A stretch of DNA of 63,912 bases, filler included, from Octopus bimaculoides (taxonomy: Eukaryota), in assembly GCF_001194135.2 (NCBI RefSeq). It is 7 parts of 7 records of this genome, joined end to end, with 100 filler letters (N's around TTAATTAATTAA, not from the genome) between each part and the next. Parts side by side here need not be neighbours in the genome. Positions count along the whole stretch, not along the records: positions 40,568 to 57,270 come from NC_068987.1; positions 57,371 to 59,640 come from NW_026381503.1; positions 59,741 to 62,733 come from NC_068983.1; positions 62,834 to 63,912 come from NC_068990.1; 3 more parts are not named here. One strand, written 5' to 3'. Of this stretch, positions 51,785 to 63,085 are shown piece by piece. Every line of letters begins with the position of its first letter. The stretch's first letter is position 1. A model generated the notes under the pieces. The model was not told the origin of the DNA. It saw only the letters and a list, made by a program, of their open reading frames with translations, and ran no database searches. A program made the translations under genes and the position numbers.

Positions 51785-51975
51785 CAAACAAGGACAGACA
51801 AAGGGATTAAGTTGATTACATCGACCCCAGTGCGTAACTGGTACTTAATTTATCGACCCCGAACGGATGAAAGGCAAAGTCGACCTCGGCGGAATTTGAA
51901 CTCAGAACGTAGCGGCAGACGAAATACCGCTAAGCATTTCGTCCGACGTGCTAACGTTTCTGCCAGCTCACCGCC
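51785..51975 (-). mobile_element. SINE family A2, young copy
   Basis: Body essentially identical to the 50975 copy but with the A2 tail. Confidence 0.93.
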
Positions 51976-52575
51976 TTTCAGTTTCACTAGGCTTTGGTCA
52001 GACCGAGGTTGTAGTAATAGACACTTGCCCAGAGTGCCATGCAGTGTGACTGAACCCAGAACCATGTGGCTGGGAAGCAAGCTTCTTTATTTCAAAATTT
52101 TGGCCATTAAGGCCTCACATAGAGGGGACGAACAAGGACAGACAAACAAAGAAGCTGCGGGCTGGACACAGACATTAATGAAATGGAGATGGATACAAGA
52201 AGGATGAATAGAAATGGGAGAGGCAACAGCGCCCGCCGACTGATAACCCCTCGAAAACATTGTTCTTTTTAAAATACAATTAACAAAATTTCAATATTAA
52301 TCAAGTCATTTTCAAATACTTTCATGAATCCACCTCCCCGTGAACCCCTTGCAGATATGCTGCCCCTGACAAACAAGTGTCCATTGTCAGGTTGGGGTTC
52401 ACGGCGAGGTAGAAAAAGTCCTTTTGGTCAAATTTTTCCAAAATTTTATCTAACATAGTGTCCGTTATGACCTCGCAGCCACCTGCCATTTGGGACTACT
52501 CGCACACGCCGAGTAGCTCCTATCCTGGCCGCACTCGCGGTCCAGGAAGCTTCTTACCACACAGCCACGCCTGAA
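51976..52575 (-). mobile_element. SINE family B 5' half split by a 459-bp insertion
   Basis: B sequence 51976-52087 resumes at 52547-52575; aagcttctt is duplicated at the break. Confidence 0.88.
52088..52546 (-). mobile_element. Retro-insertion with 9-bp TSD; probable 5'-truncated 3' end of a LINE sharing the A2 tail
   Basis: TSD aagcttctt at 52079-52087 and 52547-52555. Shares acatagaggggac(g/a)aacaaggacagacaaa with A2. A short minus frame ends ...RRVRVVPNGRWLRGHNGHYVR*. Several GC-rich hairpins. Confidence 0.75.
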
Positions 52576-52865
52576 CCTAGTATGATTAAGCTAGAATTGT
52601 AGATTCAGCGTTATAGCATATATCCTGTTGTAACAACCATCATACGTCAGTATGTCTCAATAAAGTGTGCATGTACTACACTAAATATGATTATCATAAA
52701 GCTTAACTATAAATGTAAGATTAATAATGTTTTCAATTATTTTTTTGTTTCGTTTCTTATTTTTTCAGACATAACACAACAGATATTGTTTTGGCAAGTT
52801 AGCAAAGACTTTGATATACTAAACTATGAACTGAATATATTCATATACAAAATAATACTAATACC

Positions 52866-53270
52866 AATCTTTCTAATTTTGGCACAAAGCCAGCAATTTT
52901 GAAGGGATGGGGAAGTCGGTTATGTCCAGTATTTAACTGGTATTTAGTTTTATGGACCCAATAAGGCTTGAAAGCCAAAGTTGAACTCGGTCAGATTTTG
53001 AGCTCAGGAACTCAAGAACCAGAAGAAACGCCGCTAAGCATTTTTGTCCGATATGCTCAAATTTCAACCAGCTCGCCGACTTAAATAGTTTCAAATTGTG
53101 GTACAAGGTCAGCAATTTTGAGTGGAGGGGCAAGCCGACTGGTACTTTGTCTTATGAGGCTCAAAAGAATGAAAGGCAAAGTTAACCGCGATGGCATTTG
53201 TACTCAGAATGTAAATAACAAAAAAAAAAAAATGCAGTTAAACGTCTCCGACGCGTTAACGGTTCTTCCA
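52866..53270 (-). mobile_element. Two tandem degenerate SINE-A copies
   Basis: ~52866-53080 and ~53085-53270. Confidence 0.8.
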
Positions 53271-53272
53271 GC

Positions 53273-53274
<2 letters not shown>

Positions 53275-53367
<93 letters not shown>

Positions 53368-53575
53368 CTAGATGTATTGCAAAAGTTGTCATTACTTGGA
53401 ACTTCACGCATATTGCGTAAAGTACTGTCTGTCTGAGGTCCTTGTTGTGACTTGACAAACAGTACAAACCCTCGGTAGACACGATATTTTCAATCAACAA
53501 CCTCACGATATTGTATACTGTGTGACGTCTAAAATAATAATGATAATGATAATAATAATAATGATAATAATAATA

Positions 53576-53621
<46 letters not shown>

Positions 53622-53680
53622 CAGTAATAACAACAACGACGACGACGACTTTGACGATGATGATGATGATGACGACTTCA
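53275..53680. repeat. Compound (TAA)/(TGA)/(ACA)/(CGA) microsatellite split by a retroelement end
   Basis: Tracts at 53275-53367 and 53534-53680. Confidence 0.92.
53368..53533 (+). mobile_element. Dong/R4-type retrotransposon 3' end
   Basis: 53368-53436 codes LDVLQKLSLLGTSRILRKVLSV* (cf. LQK..LLGT..ILRKVL). About 95 bp of 3' UTR runs directly into (TAA)n. Confidence 0.85.
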
Positions 53681-53955
53681 AATTTTTGGCACAATGCCAG
53701 TAATCTCGAGGGAGGAGGCAAGTCGATTACATCGACTCCAGTCATGTCTACAGGGGATTTTTTTTCTATCCAAACGATTGTTCAATCTAATATTTCCATG
53801 CAGTTACTTATAGTTTTATGTGCTTCGAGATCCGCTATTCCGAAAGAGAATTATTTCAAGTTCTGTCGAAAAATTATAAATTCTTACGGCGTCGACTATA
53901 CCTACCTACCTACCTACATACATGCATACATACATATATATCCACCCATTTCTGC

Positions 53956-54015
<60 letters not shown>

Positions 54016-54474
54016 CTTTATCAGTCCATCTATCTATATCTGTCTATCTAACTCCTTGCTATTCAGTCAGTTGCGACTCAGGTTTTAAAACCGCAACATC
54101 ATAACTACAGTCTCGATATATATAGCAACCACCGTGCCGAGACCTTCCTCAGAAACTAAGCTTGACTTTTAAACGTCCTCGTTAACCCAGATGTAAATCA
54201 ATAGCGCAAAGCTGTTTGAAACTGAACTGAAACTGTTTGTGCTGATCAAATAAATCTCATTAATTCTTTACATTGTCTTGTTTGTAATTTTAGATACGTT
54301 ATTGGATCAATTTTTGCACGTTTTCCTGTTTTTCGTAGTAAGCATTCTACACGTTTGTTATTTCTTTCCTAGATTGCATGCATGTAATAATCAGCATCCA
54401 TTGAATTTTGTGTTAACTTATAAATGTCAAGCATAAGTTACGGTGTTCCATGTTTATTAAGAAATGCATACATA

Positions 54475-54878
54475 GGCCCAGGAGCGGCTGTGTGGTAAGT
54501 AGCTTGCTTACCAACCACATGATTCCGGGTTCATTCCCACTGTGTAGCACATTGGGCAAGTGTCTTCTACTATAGCCTCGGGCCGACCAAAGCCTTGTGA
54601 GCGGATTTGGTAGACGTAAACTGAAGGAAGCCCGTCGTATATATGTATATATATATATGTGTGTATATGTTTGTGTGTTTGCATTTGTCCTCCCAACATC
54701 GCTTGACAACTGATGGTGGTGTGTTTACGTCCCCGTAACATAGCGGTTCGGCAAAAGAGACCGATAGAATAAGTACTAGGCTTACAAAGAATAAGTCCTG
54801 GGATCGATTTGCTCGACTAAAGGCGGTGCTCCAGCATGGCCACAGTCGAATGAAACAAGTAAAAGAATAAAAGTAAAA
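54475..54878 (+). mobile_element. SINE family B, full length, well preserved
   Basis: tRNA-like head, short internal (TA/GT) tract, intact 3' half. Confidence 0.93.
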
Positions 54879-54889
54879 GAAAAATATAA

Positions 54890-54932
<43 letters not shown>

Positions 54933-55273
54933 TATATAAAATATGAAGTAAATAGATATTCGGTTTAAAAATACTATGGGTGGAAAAAAAAAGTCGAAGG
55001 GTTGCCCGAACCCACACCTGTAAACTTGACATTACACCAAAGCAACGGTCGTACTCAAAACAGTTAAAGCTATATTGTTTATCAACTTCGAGAGCCACCA
55101 TCAAAAAATACCTCGTATGTCTCGAAGTTTCTAAATTTTTAATAATATAGATACATACATACAAACATAGATGCACATATACACACAAACACGCATACAT
55201 ACATAAACACACACACACACACACATACATACATGAATACATACATACATACATACATACATACATACATACA

Positions 55274-55462
55274 TTGTTGTTGTTGGCACTCCGTCGCTTA
55301 CGACGTCGAGGGTTCCAGTTGATCTGATCAACGGAACAGCCTGCTCGTGAAATTAACGTGCAAGTGGCTGAGCACTCCACAGACACGTGTACCCTTAACG
55401 TAGTTCTCGGGGATATTCAACGTGACACAGTGTGACAAGGCTGACCCTTTGAATTACAGGCA
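55274..55462 (-). mobile_element. SINE family D 3' part with (CAA)n tail
   Basis: Minus strand ends ggaaccctcgacgtcgtaagcgacggagtgccaacaacaacaa; homologous to the 8040 and 59793 copies. Confidence 0.85.
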
Positions 55463-56975
55463 CAACAACATACATACATACATACATACATACATACAAC
55501 GAGCTTCGCACGGATCCAGTCAAAGAAATTAGTTTAACAAGATATTAGTCAAAGCGGGCCTCTCCCAGGTTAACATTTGGCCTATATGCAGCAGATTGGA
55601 TGCGAACCTTGAAACGAACTTCTGGACTTCACCTCTATACGTTTCCGCGTACGGACGCAAAAAGGAGCTTTGAATATTTTTTGCATTGATTATATTCATT
55701 TTGTTCAAAGACGATGATTCATGATGTTAGTCCGATGCAAGTGATGTTGGTAAATAAGAATAACTTAAAACACTACTTCCTTCTGAAGATCTGGTTTTTC
55801 AAAGTCACTACGAAATCGCCCATGTAAGAATTATTGCACAGCGATACAGCTATATGCGAGCGAAACACGTGTAAAGATTATGTTACTTATGACGTTATGA
55901 TAAAGCTTTTAACTGAATCTCTTGTTTTATTCTGCTCCCAGATATACACCTTATAAGTTGTTCAAATTTATATAATAGCAAAAGAAATCAAAGGACAAAG
56001 TACGTTTAGTACTTGATTGAAAGTTGGATATCTATGGATCTACATGGAGTTCTAAGCATTGGGTAACTGCTATGTTAACTCATTCATATTTGCAATTATA
56101 CATACATATATACATACACACTCACATATAAATATATATATATACATAGGGGGAGAGAGAGAGGGAGAGAGAGACCGCAAATGCGTGCATGTACGTACGT
56201 ACGTACGTACGTATGTATGTATGTATGTATGTATGTATGTATAAATGAATACATGTATGTATGTGTGAGCAAGGTCGCAAATTTCTCAACTGTAAATGGG
56301 TTGTAATCCAATCAAGTGCTGATGCAGCTCTCTCCTTCTCTAGTTGTCAGACACTGGATATATGGCTGTTAATTTCTTGAGGAGCCAAGAGGGCATCTAA
56401 TTCTGCTCGCGATTGCAGAGGCATTAAAACAATTAGCAAAAGCATGGTACGTGATACAATACCAAGCCATACTCTCTCGAACGTGACGACAGGTTCTACA
56501 TACATACATACATGCATATACACATGATTTCATATCTCTCTCTCTCTCTCTCNNNNNNNNNNNNNNNNNNNNNNNNNNNNNNNNNNNNNNNNNNNNNNNN
56601 NNNNNNNNNNNNNNNNNNNNNNNNNNNNNNNNNNNNNNNNNNNNNNNNNNNNCAGCTCGCCGCCTCAACGGGAAGAATAATATTGATAATGCCATTAATG
56701 ATATCTTGGGAATTATTATAAACCTATAATTATCTTAAATATTCGTTTTTCAGTCAATTTTTATACAAACATATATAAATTCTGCATTGTTTAGAAAATT
56801 AATCCATTTATAATAGCACCACTTCTAATGCTGAGCACTTTCTTCATTGCATAAACATGTCTGCTTCGAGATTTTTTGATAATAGCCACGGTTGATTCAT
56901 GCCATGTGAGGAAAGTTGGTTAGGTGGAAACTGTGTAGAAGCCTGTTGGATGAATCATACCTATAATTTTTTTTT

Positions 56976-57157
56976 ATTTCTTTATTGCCCAAAGGGGCTA
57001 ACATAGAGGGGACAAACAAGGACAGACAAAGGGATTAAGTTGATTACATCGACCCCAGTGCATAACTGGTACTTATTTAATCGACTCCGAAAGGATGAAA
57101 GGCAAAGTCGACCGCGGCGGAATTTGAGCTCAGAACGCAAAGACAGACGAAATACCG
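56976..57157 (-). mobile_element. SINE family A2, 5'-truncated
   Basis: A2 tail plus body; atttctttatt occurs at both ends (56976 and 57158), a possible TSD. Confidence 0.88.
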
Positions 57158-57370
57158 ATTTCTTTATTTCCCAAAAAAGGCTATCCAAAGAATTTTTAAG
57201 ACATCACGAAACATAAAGACGGTACAAAACGCAACAAACATACAATCGGGGAACTAAAGATTACAAAAGCNNNNNNNNNNNNNNNNNNNNNNNNNNNNNN
57301 NNNNNNNNNNNNNNTTAATTAATTAANNNNNNNNNNNNNNNNNNNNNNNNNNNNNNNNNNNNNNNNNNNN

Positions 57371-57413
<43 letters not shown>

Positions 57414-58201
57414 CGTGTAAGCATGCACGCACGCGTGTTTGAGGGTGTATGTTTGTGAAAGTAACTCACATACGTTGAAATTCTATTACAAATACAAATT
57501 GAAATTGTAGTTGATGAGGAGAAATAACATTTTTCCAGCTGAACTACAATTAAAGTTATACTGTATATCCATTATTATGTCTACTATTAAATTTGTATTT
57601 CCCTTTCGTAGTGTAAACATTCAAAATTACCTTTCCTCAATGTGATTAGAAAGAAATATCTCTGCATTTTAATTTCAATCATACGTTTCTGAAATTTACT
57701 TTACTCTGTAGTATAAATATACACTCGTTCCTGTTATGCTTATAAGATTTCTTCCACATATTACTTCTATATTTTTTATATATCAATATACATAGGTATG
57801 CACACGAACACATATATCCGAATAAACATAAATAAAACAAACAAACACATATCCCCCCCCCACCACACACACACACATACACACACACACATACACACAC
57901 ACACACACATTTGTATTTTGCTTCAAGCCTATCACATTACTGGGCAATGTCTATATAATCACCTTTCCAATGACCATCATCGTATATTCATCAGCAACTG
58001 ACGACGAAAAGCCATGGGGCAAATCCGAAAATTGGTCAATCAAGAGCTATCTGTATTGCTATGAATATCTGTTACATTGCTTCCTCGATTTCAGCACCTG
58101 TGTAATGTTGTGGTTATTTTTAATGCTTCTATTTCCAGCATATATACTAGAACTTTTCTGTGCCCTTAATTATATAATATATATATATATATATATATAT
58201 T

Positions 58202-58790
58202 CTAGCTGGTGTACCCGGTAATTTCCGGGTGTAACAATATTCTATTGAAACGCCTAATTTCTTTGATATAAGAAAGCATTTTCGTTATAACTGTCACAAA
58301 AGGTATATTTTCCGTCACGAAAAAGTATTAAAAAACTGTCAGCCGGAGGAGAAAAAATTGTTGGAGGTTGGTGAGAGAGCTTTTCGGAGGTTGGTGAGAC
58401 AGGTTGTCGGAGGTTGGCGAGAGGTAAATACATTATTCTGCTTAGCAAAGTTATCTGGGAAATGTATAACTGCTGTCATTATCAGAAAAAAACAAAAAAA
58501 ACAATTGTTTTACCGTGAGAAAAGCGCTGTTCAAGTGTTAAGTGAAATGTGGCAATTCATGCTATGCCTGCATGAAGCCACTACAAATAACTTGTGGAAT
58601 AAAATATTTCTCCACTGTCATGAAGAAAGGTAACTGTAAAAATGCAGAATTATCGGAGTAATGGGCATTCAAAAAAGTATGCATGTATAGAAATGTATGA
58701 AGGAAGGCTTTAGAAATAAGACACACTAAAAATCAATATTCAAGGCACTCGAACATAAGCAATGACATAGGTTACTTCCCTTGAGTATTA
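58202..58790 (-). mobile_element. Helitron-like non-autonomous element (3' end clear, 5' end uncertain)
   Basis: Minus strand hairpin acccgg/ccgggt (58213-58230), 7-nt spacer, CTAG (58202-58205). Internal 23-bp-period repeat at 58363-58422. Confidence 0.45.
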
Positions 58791-59740
58791 AAAAAAAAAT
58801 ATTGTAATGTGAATTTCCCTGGTTATCTGACGGAGCGGTAGTTTACAAACAAACATACATATATAAATATGTATGTGCATGCATGTTTGTGTATGTGTTC
58901 GTGCACGTCTGTTTCTGTATAAATATAGCAGTATATTCACGAGAGCGCATGCAGTTAGAGTGCTGAACAACAAGCAAATTTTGCATCCCGGCCTATGTAA
59001 ATGGACGTCTTGAATTATAAGCTCACACTCATCACACATATCCACCACAGCTACATGTATATATAACGTCATGCACGTTGCCAGAGCCGACTCTATTAAT
59101 GTGCAGAACTGTTGATAAACTTACATGCATCTACAATAATACATAATGCTCTGCTGTGTAATCCGTTTAATCAGAATTGGCGTGTATATTTTATAAGCAA
59201 TTGAAAAACGTATTACATGAACTGTCAACTCGATATGCAAAGCTTATTTCCTGTCATAGGTACAAAATATTATCAAAGATAATTATTTTGTGGAACATAT
59301 GCCAGAACCTGTTTATGTCAAAAGAACGTATTTACATATTTAGAGATTTGTCAGTTTAATTAGTTGTATATGATTACGGATATCGAGGTTTCGTTTACAA
59401 GATACTCAGCTAGCATAGCAGAATGAACATTTGCATATTTCTCTACTATATGACTGTAAGGAGGCAGTACGTACATGCATTTAAACACACACACACACAT
59501 GCACATGCGCATGCACACACATGAGCATACACATGGGGAGTAGCCAAGACAAGAGCAGAAAAACTCGCCAATGGCGTGTGTAATCACATAGCTGATACGT
59601 ATATACACACGTATATTTCTATGTACGTGTATATATATATNNNNNNNNNNNNNNNNNNNNNNNNNNNNNNNNNNNNNNNNNNNNTTAATTAATTAANNNN
59701 NNNNNNNNNNNNNNNNNNNNNNNNNNNNNNNNNNNNNNNN

Positions 59741-59789
<49 letters not shown>

Positions 59790-59792
59790 CAT

Positions 59793-59958
59793 ATTGAAAA
59801 GGGCCAGCCTTTCCACGTTCCGTGTCACACTGAATCTCCCTGAGAACTACATTAAATGTTCGCGTGTCTGTGGAGCTCTCAGCCACTTGCATATTGATTT
59901 CACGAGCAGGTTGTTCCGTCGGCCGGATAAAATGGAACCCTTTTCTTCGCAATCGACC
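59793..59958 (+). mobile_element. SINE family D fragment
   Basis: Aligns with the reverse complement of 55274-55462. Confidence 0.8.
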
Positions 59959-60474
59959 AACTGACAGTCACTCATACATACACTCACTCTCACGTATACT
60001 CACTCTCATGTACACTCACTCTCACGTACACTCACTCACACACACATATTATAAAAAGACGCCACTTGTGAGAGAGTAAAACTCGATAACATTTACTCTG
60101 CTTTCCCATTTAATCAACCATTTTATAAATACCCCATGAGCCTGTAGCTTTTGACTCACATGCTTCTCCTGGCTTTTCCCTACTAATGTAAGCGTCAACC
60201 AATGCAATACATTGATTTCACCTTTCGTTGTAGTTTTGAATAGGCTGAACTGGACTACTCTGCTGAGTGCAATAACTCACCATCAAGGATCTCTCGGGTG
60301 ATTTCCCTTCCGGTGGTTTTGCAACAACTGCTATGAGAGTTTCACTGGTGATATTATACGATTTGGGTGAGATATCTGCTGTGTACTGAATGCAATGTAG
60401 TTCTTTGAGATGCACAGTTCTCACTCCGCCCCTCATTTTACCCCAATTGCATTGCAGTTGTAATAATTGTTGAC

Positions 60475-60680
60475 AGAAACGTCAGCACACCGGGTAAAGT
60501 GTTTAGAGGCATTTCGTACGACTTTAGCTTCTGATTTTAAATTCCGACGGGATCAGCTTTGACTTTTCATCCTTTCGGAATCGATAAAATAAGTACCAGT
60601 TACATACTGAGATCAATATAATCGATACAACCCCCACCACTGAAATTGCTGGCGTTGTGTCAAAATTTAAAATCAATTTA
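60475..60680 (+). mobile_element. SINE family A, degenerate
   Basis: gacagaaacgtcagcacaccggg...tttcatcctttcggaatcgataaaataagtaccag...gaaattgctggc. Confidence 0.8.
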
Positions 60681-61201
60681 AATTTTATACGATAAGGATT
60701 GTAGGTCATCTTGAAGACTTTGCTATGTAATACTTCAAACTATGTTGTATTGGTTGTGATCTGAACGATATCCTGCAATTGACGGCCGTATGTTTCTAGT
60801 AATTCGTTACGATAACGAATTTTCTTTCTTTACCACTTTTAGTTCGTGCTTCAGAAAAATTACCCTTCTTATGAGTGATGCTTGTTGACAGCTCTAGGAG
60901 ACATTAACCTAACAAAAAGTCGTATTTGGAGGTTATTCAATTCATTATTCACCTTCCATTTAAAGACTATCTCTTCCGATATTTTTCTGTGTCGGCCGAT
61001 ATTTGTCTGATAAAATGTCCTCCATATTGGTTTTGTCTCGTCGCTATGAACGATCTCAGTTACTTCCACCTGTTGGTGAATGATGACCGTTAACACGGCA
61101 TAGAACATTCTATGTCCAGAAATTGAAATTCTTGATCTGTACTCGATATTTCTCTGCAATTTGGTCAACCAAAGATAACGCCCTCGATAGATTATTAGTT
61201 A

Positions 61202-61233
61202 CTAGCTGACCCTGTGCCGTCAAAAATGACGGC
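61202..61233 (-). mobile_element. Canonical Helitron 3' terminus
   Basis: Minus strand gccgtca-tttt-tgacggc (perfect 7-bp stem), 10-nt spacer, CTAG, then target T. Confidence 0.6.
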
Positions 61234-61678
61234 TAATTGTAGTATTTTATATATAAATAAGGTACAAAATAAAGTACATAATAATCAGAGATACAAACCT
61301 TCACACACTTCCCTTGTACACACAAACACATACACACATATACTCACACAGAGTTGAAACGCTGTTTGATTTTTCCTTTCAGCGTTGAAGGCTCCCCCAC
61401 CCCACTTCCATTGTGCACACATACGCACATACCTCCCTTTTACATACACACACATATACTCACACGCTGATTTTTTCCTTATTTCCTTCCTTCCTTATTC
61501 ATCTATCACCCCTTCCTTTCTCTCATTGCTATTACTTTCTCTCACTCTCTCTCAGTCAGACCTATTACTCTCACTACTTCTCCTTCACTGAATTACTATT
61601 TTATCTCCTCTCCTTTCACTTATACTACTCTTTCTCCTACTCCGTCCTACTTCTACTCTGTGATTTTGGAAAATATAT

Positions 61679-61718
<40 letters not shown>

Positions 61719-62151
61719 TTGTTTGTATGTATTACGTGTGCATATATGCATGTATGTTTGTTTGTTTGTATGTATGTAAGTATGTATGTTTGTTTATATC
61801 TATATATGTGTGTATGTACGCATGTATGCTTGCTTGTATGCGCATATGCATATATATATATATGTGTGGCTGTACGTATGTATGTATACATGCATGTATA
61901 TACGTACATGTGTGTGTATGCATGTACGCTTGTATGTATGTATATATGTATGTAAATATATTTGTTTGTATGTACGTATGCATGCATCTACGCATACATG
62001 NNNNNNNNNNNNNNNNNNNNNNNNNNNNNNNNNNNNNNNNNNNNNNNNNNNNNNNNNNNNNNNNNNNNNNNNNNNNNNNNNNNNNNNNNNNNNNNNNNNN
62101 NNNNNNNNNNNNNNNNNNNNNNNNNNNNNNNNNNNNNNNNNNNNNNNNNNN

Positions 62152-62204
<53 letters not shown>

Positions 62205-62502
62205 CTACTACTCCATCAATCTCTCTCCTTCCATTTCTATAGAAATATTTGCACTGATTCTCTGCTACCAGCTGTCAATCATTTACTAACGTTCAATAGA
62301 ATCAAATAAAAATTTCAACAGAACCAATGAAATCTAAGAACATACAAACGTATACTCATATATATATATATACATGAATAAATTAATATGTGTGTCTCTC
62401 TCTCCCTCTCTCTTTCTCTCTCACACACTCTCTCTATATGTGTATATATATATCTCAATTTCTATCTATCTATCTACTGACCTATCTATCGTTGTATCTA
62501 TT

Positions 62503-62542
<40 letters not shown>

Positions 62543-62687
62543 TGTCTGTGTCTTTGTGTCTGTGTCTGTGTGTGTATGCATATGTGTATATATACAAAGA
62601 GGAAAAGAAAGAGATTGCGAGAAAGATATATTTGTGCATAAAGACACACACACACACACACATACACACATATACATACACACACAC

Positions 62688-62733
<46 letters not shown>

Positions 62734-62833
62734 NNNNNNNNNNNNNNNNNNNNNNNNNNNNNNNNNNNNNNNNNNNNTTAATTAATTAANNNNNNNNNNN
62801 NNNNNNNNNNNNNNNNNNNNNNNNNNNNNNNNN

Positions 62834-62881
<48 letters not shown>

Positions 62882-62889
62882 GTGTGAGT

Positions 62890-63085
62890 CTGTGTCTGTG
62901 TTTGTTCCCCCACTGTCAGTTGACAACCTATGTTGGTGTGTTTACATCGCCGTAATTTAGCGTTTGGTAAAAGAGTCCGATGAAATAAATGCTAGGCTTA
63001 CAATGAATAAGTCCTGGGGTCTATTTGTGTGACTACAGCCGCTGCTCCACCATGGCCGCAGTCAAATGACTGAAACCAGTAAATA
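62890..63085 (+). mobile_element. SINE family B, 3' half
   Basis: tgacaacc...tgttggtgtgtttacatc...ctccaccatggccgcagtcaaatgactgaaacc. Confidence 0.8.

Noticed and set aside
52460-52546. HDV-like ribozyme at the 5' end of the insertion
   Set aside because: cctcgc and tgggac recall HDV motifs, but I could not build the nested double pseudoknot.
53522-54088. 188-aa ORF with poly-Met/Ile/Thr
   Set aside because: Triplet microsatellite followed by SINE tail and (TCTA)n.
58363-58422. CRISPR-like direct repeats
   Set aside because: Eukaryotic context, spacers of only 9 nt, three units, no cas genes.
60869-61168. 99-aa ORF / possible Penelope RT remnant (FLDIE in another frame)
   Set aside because: No recognisable domain, no splice support, and a single short motif.
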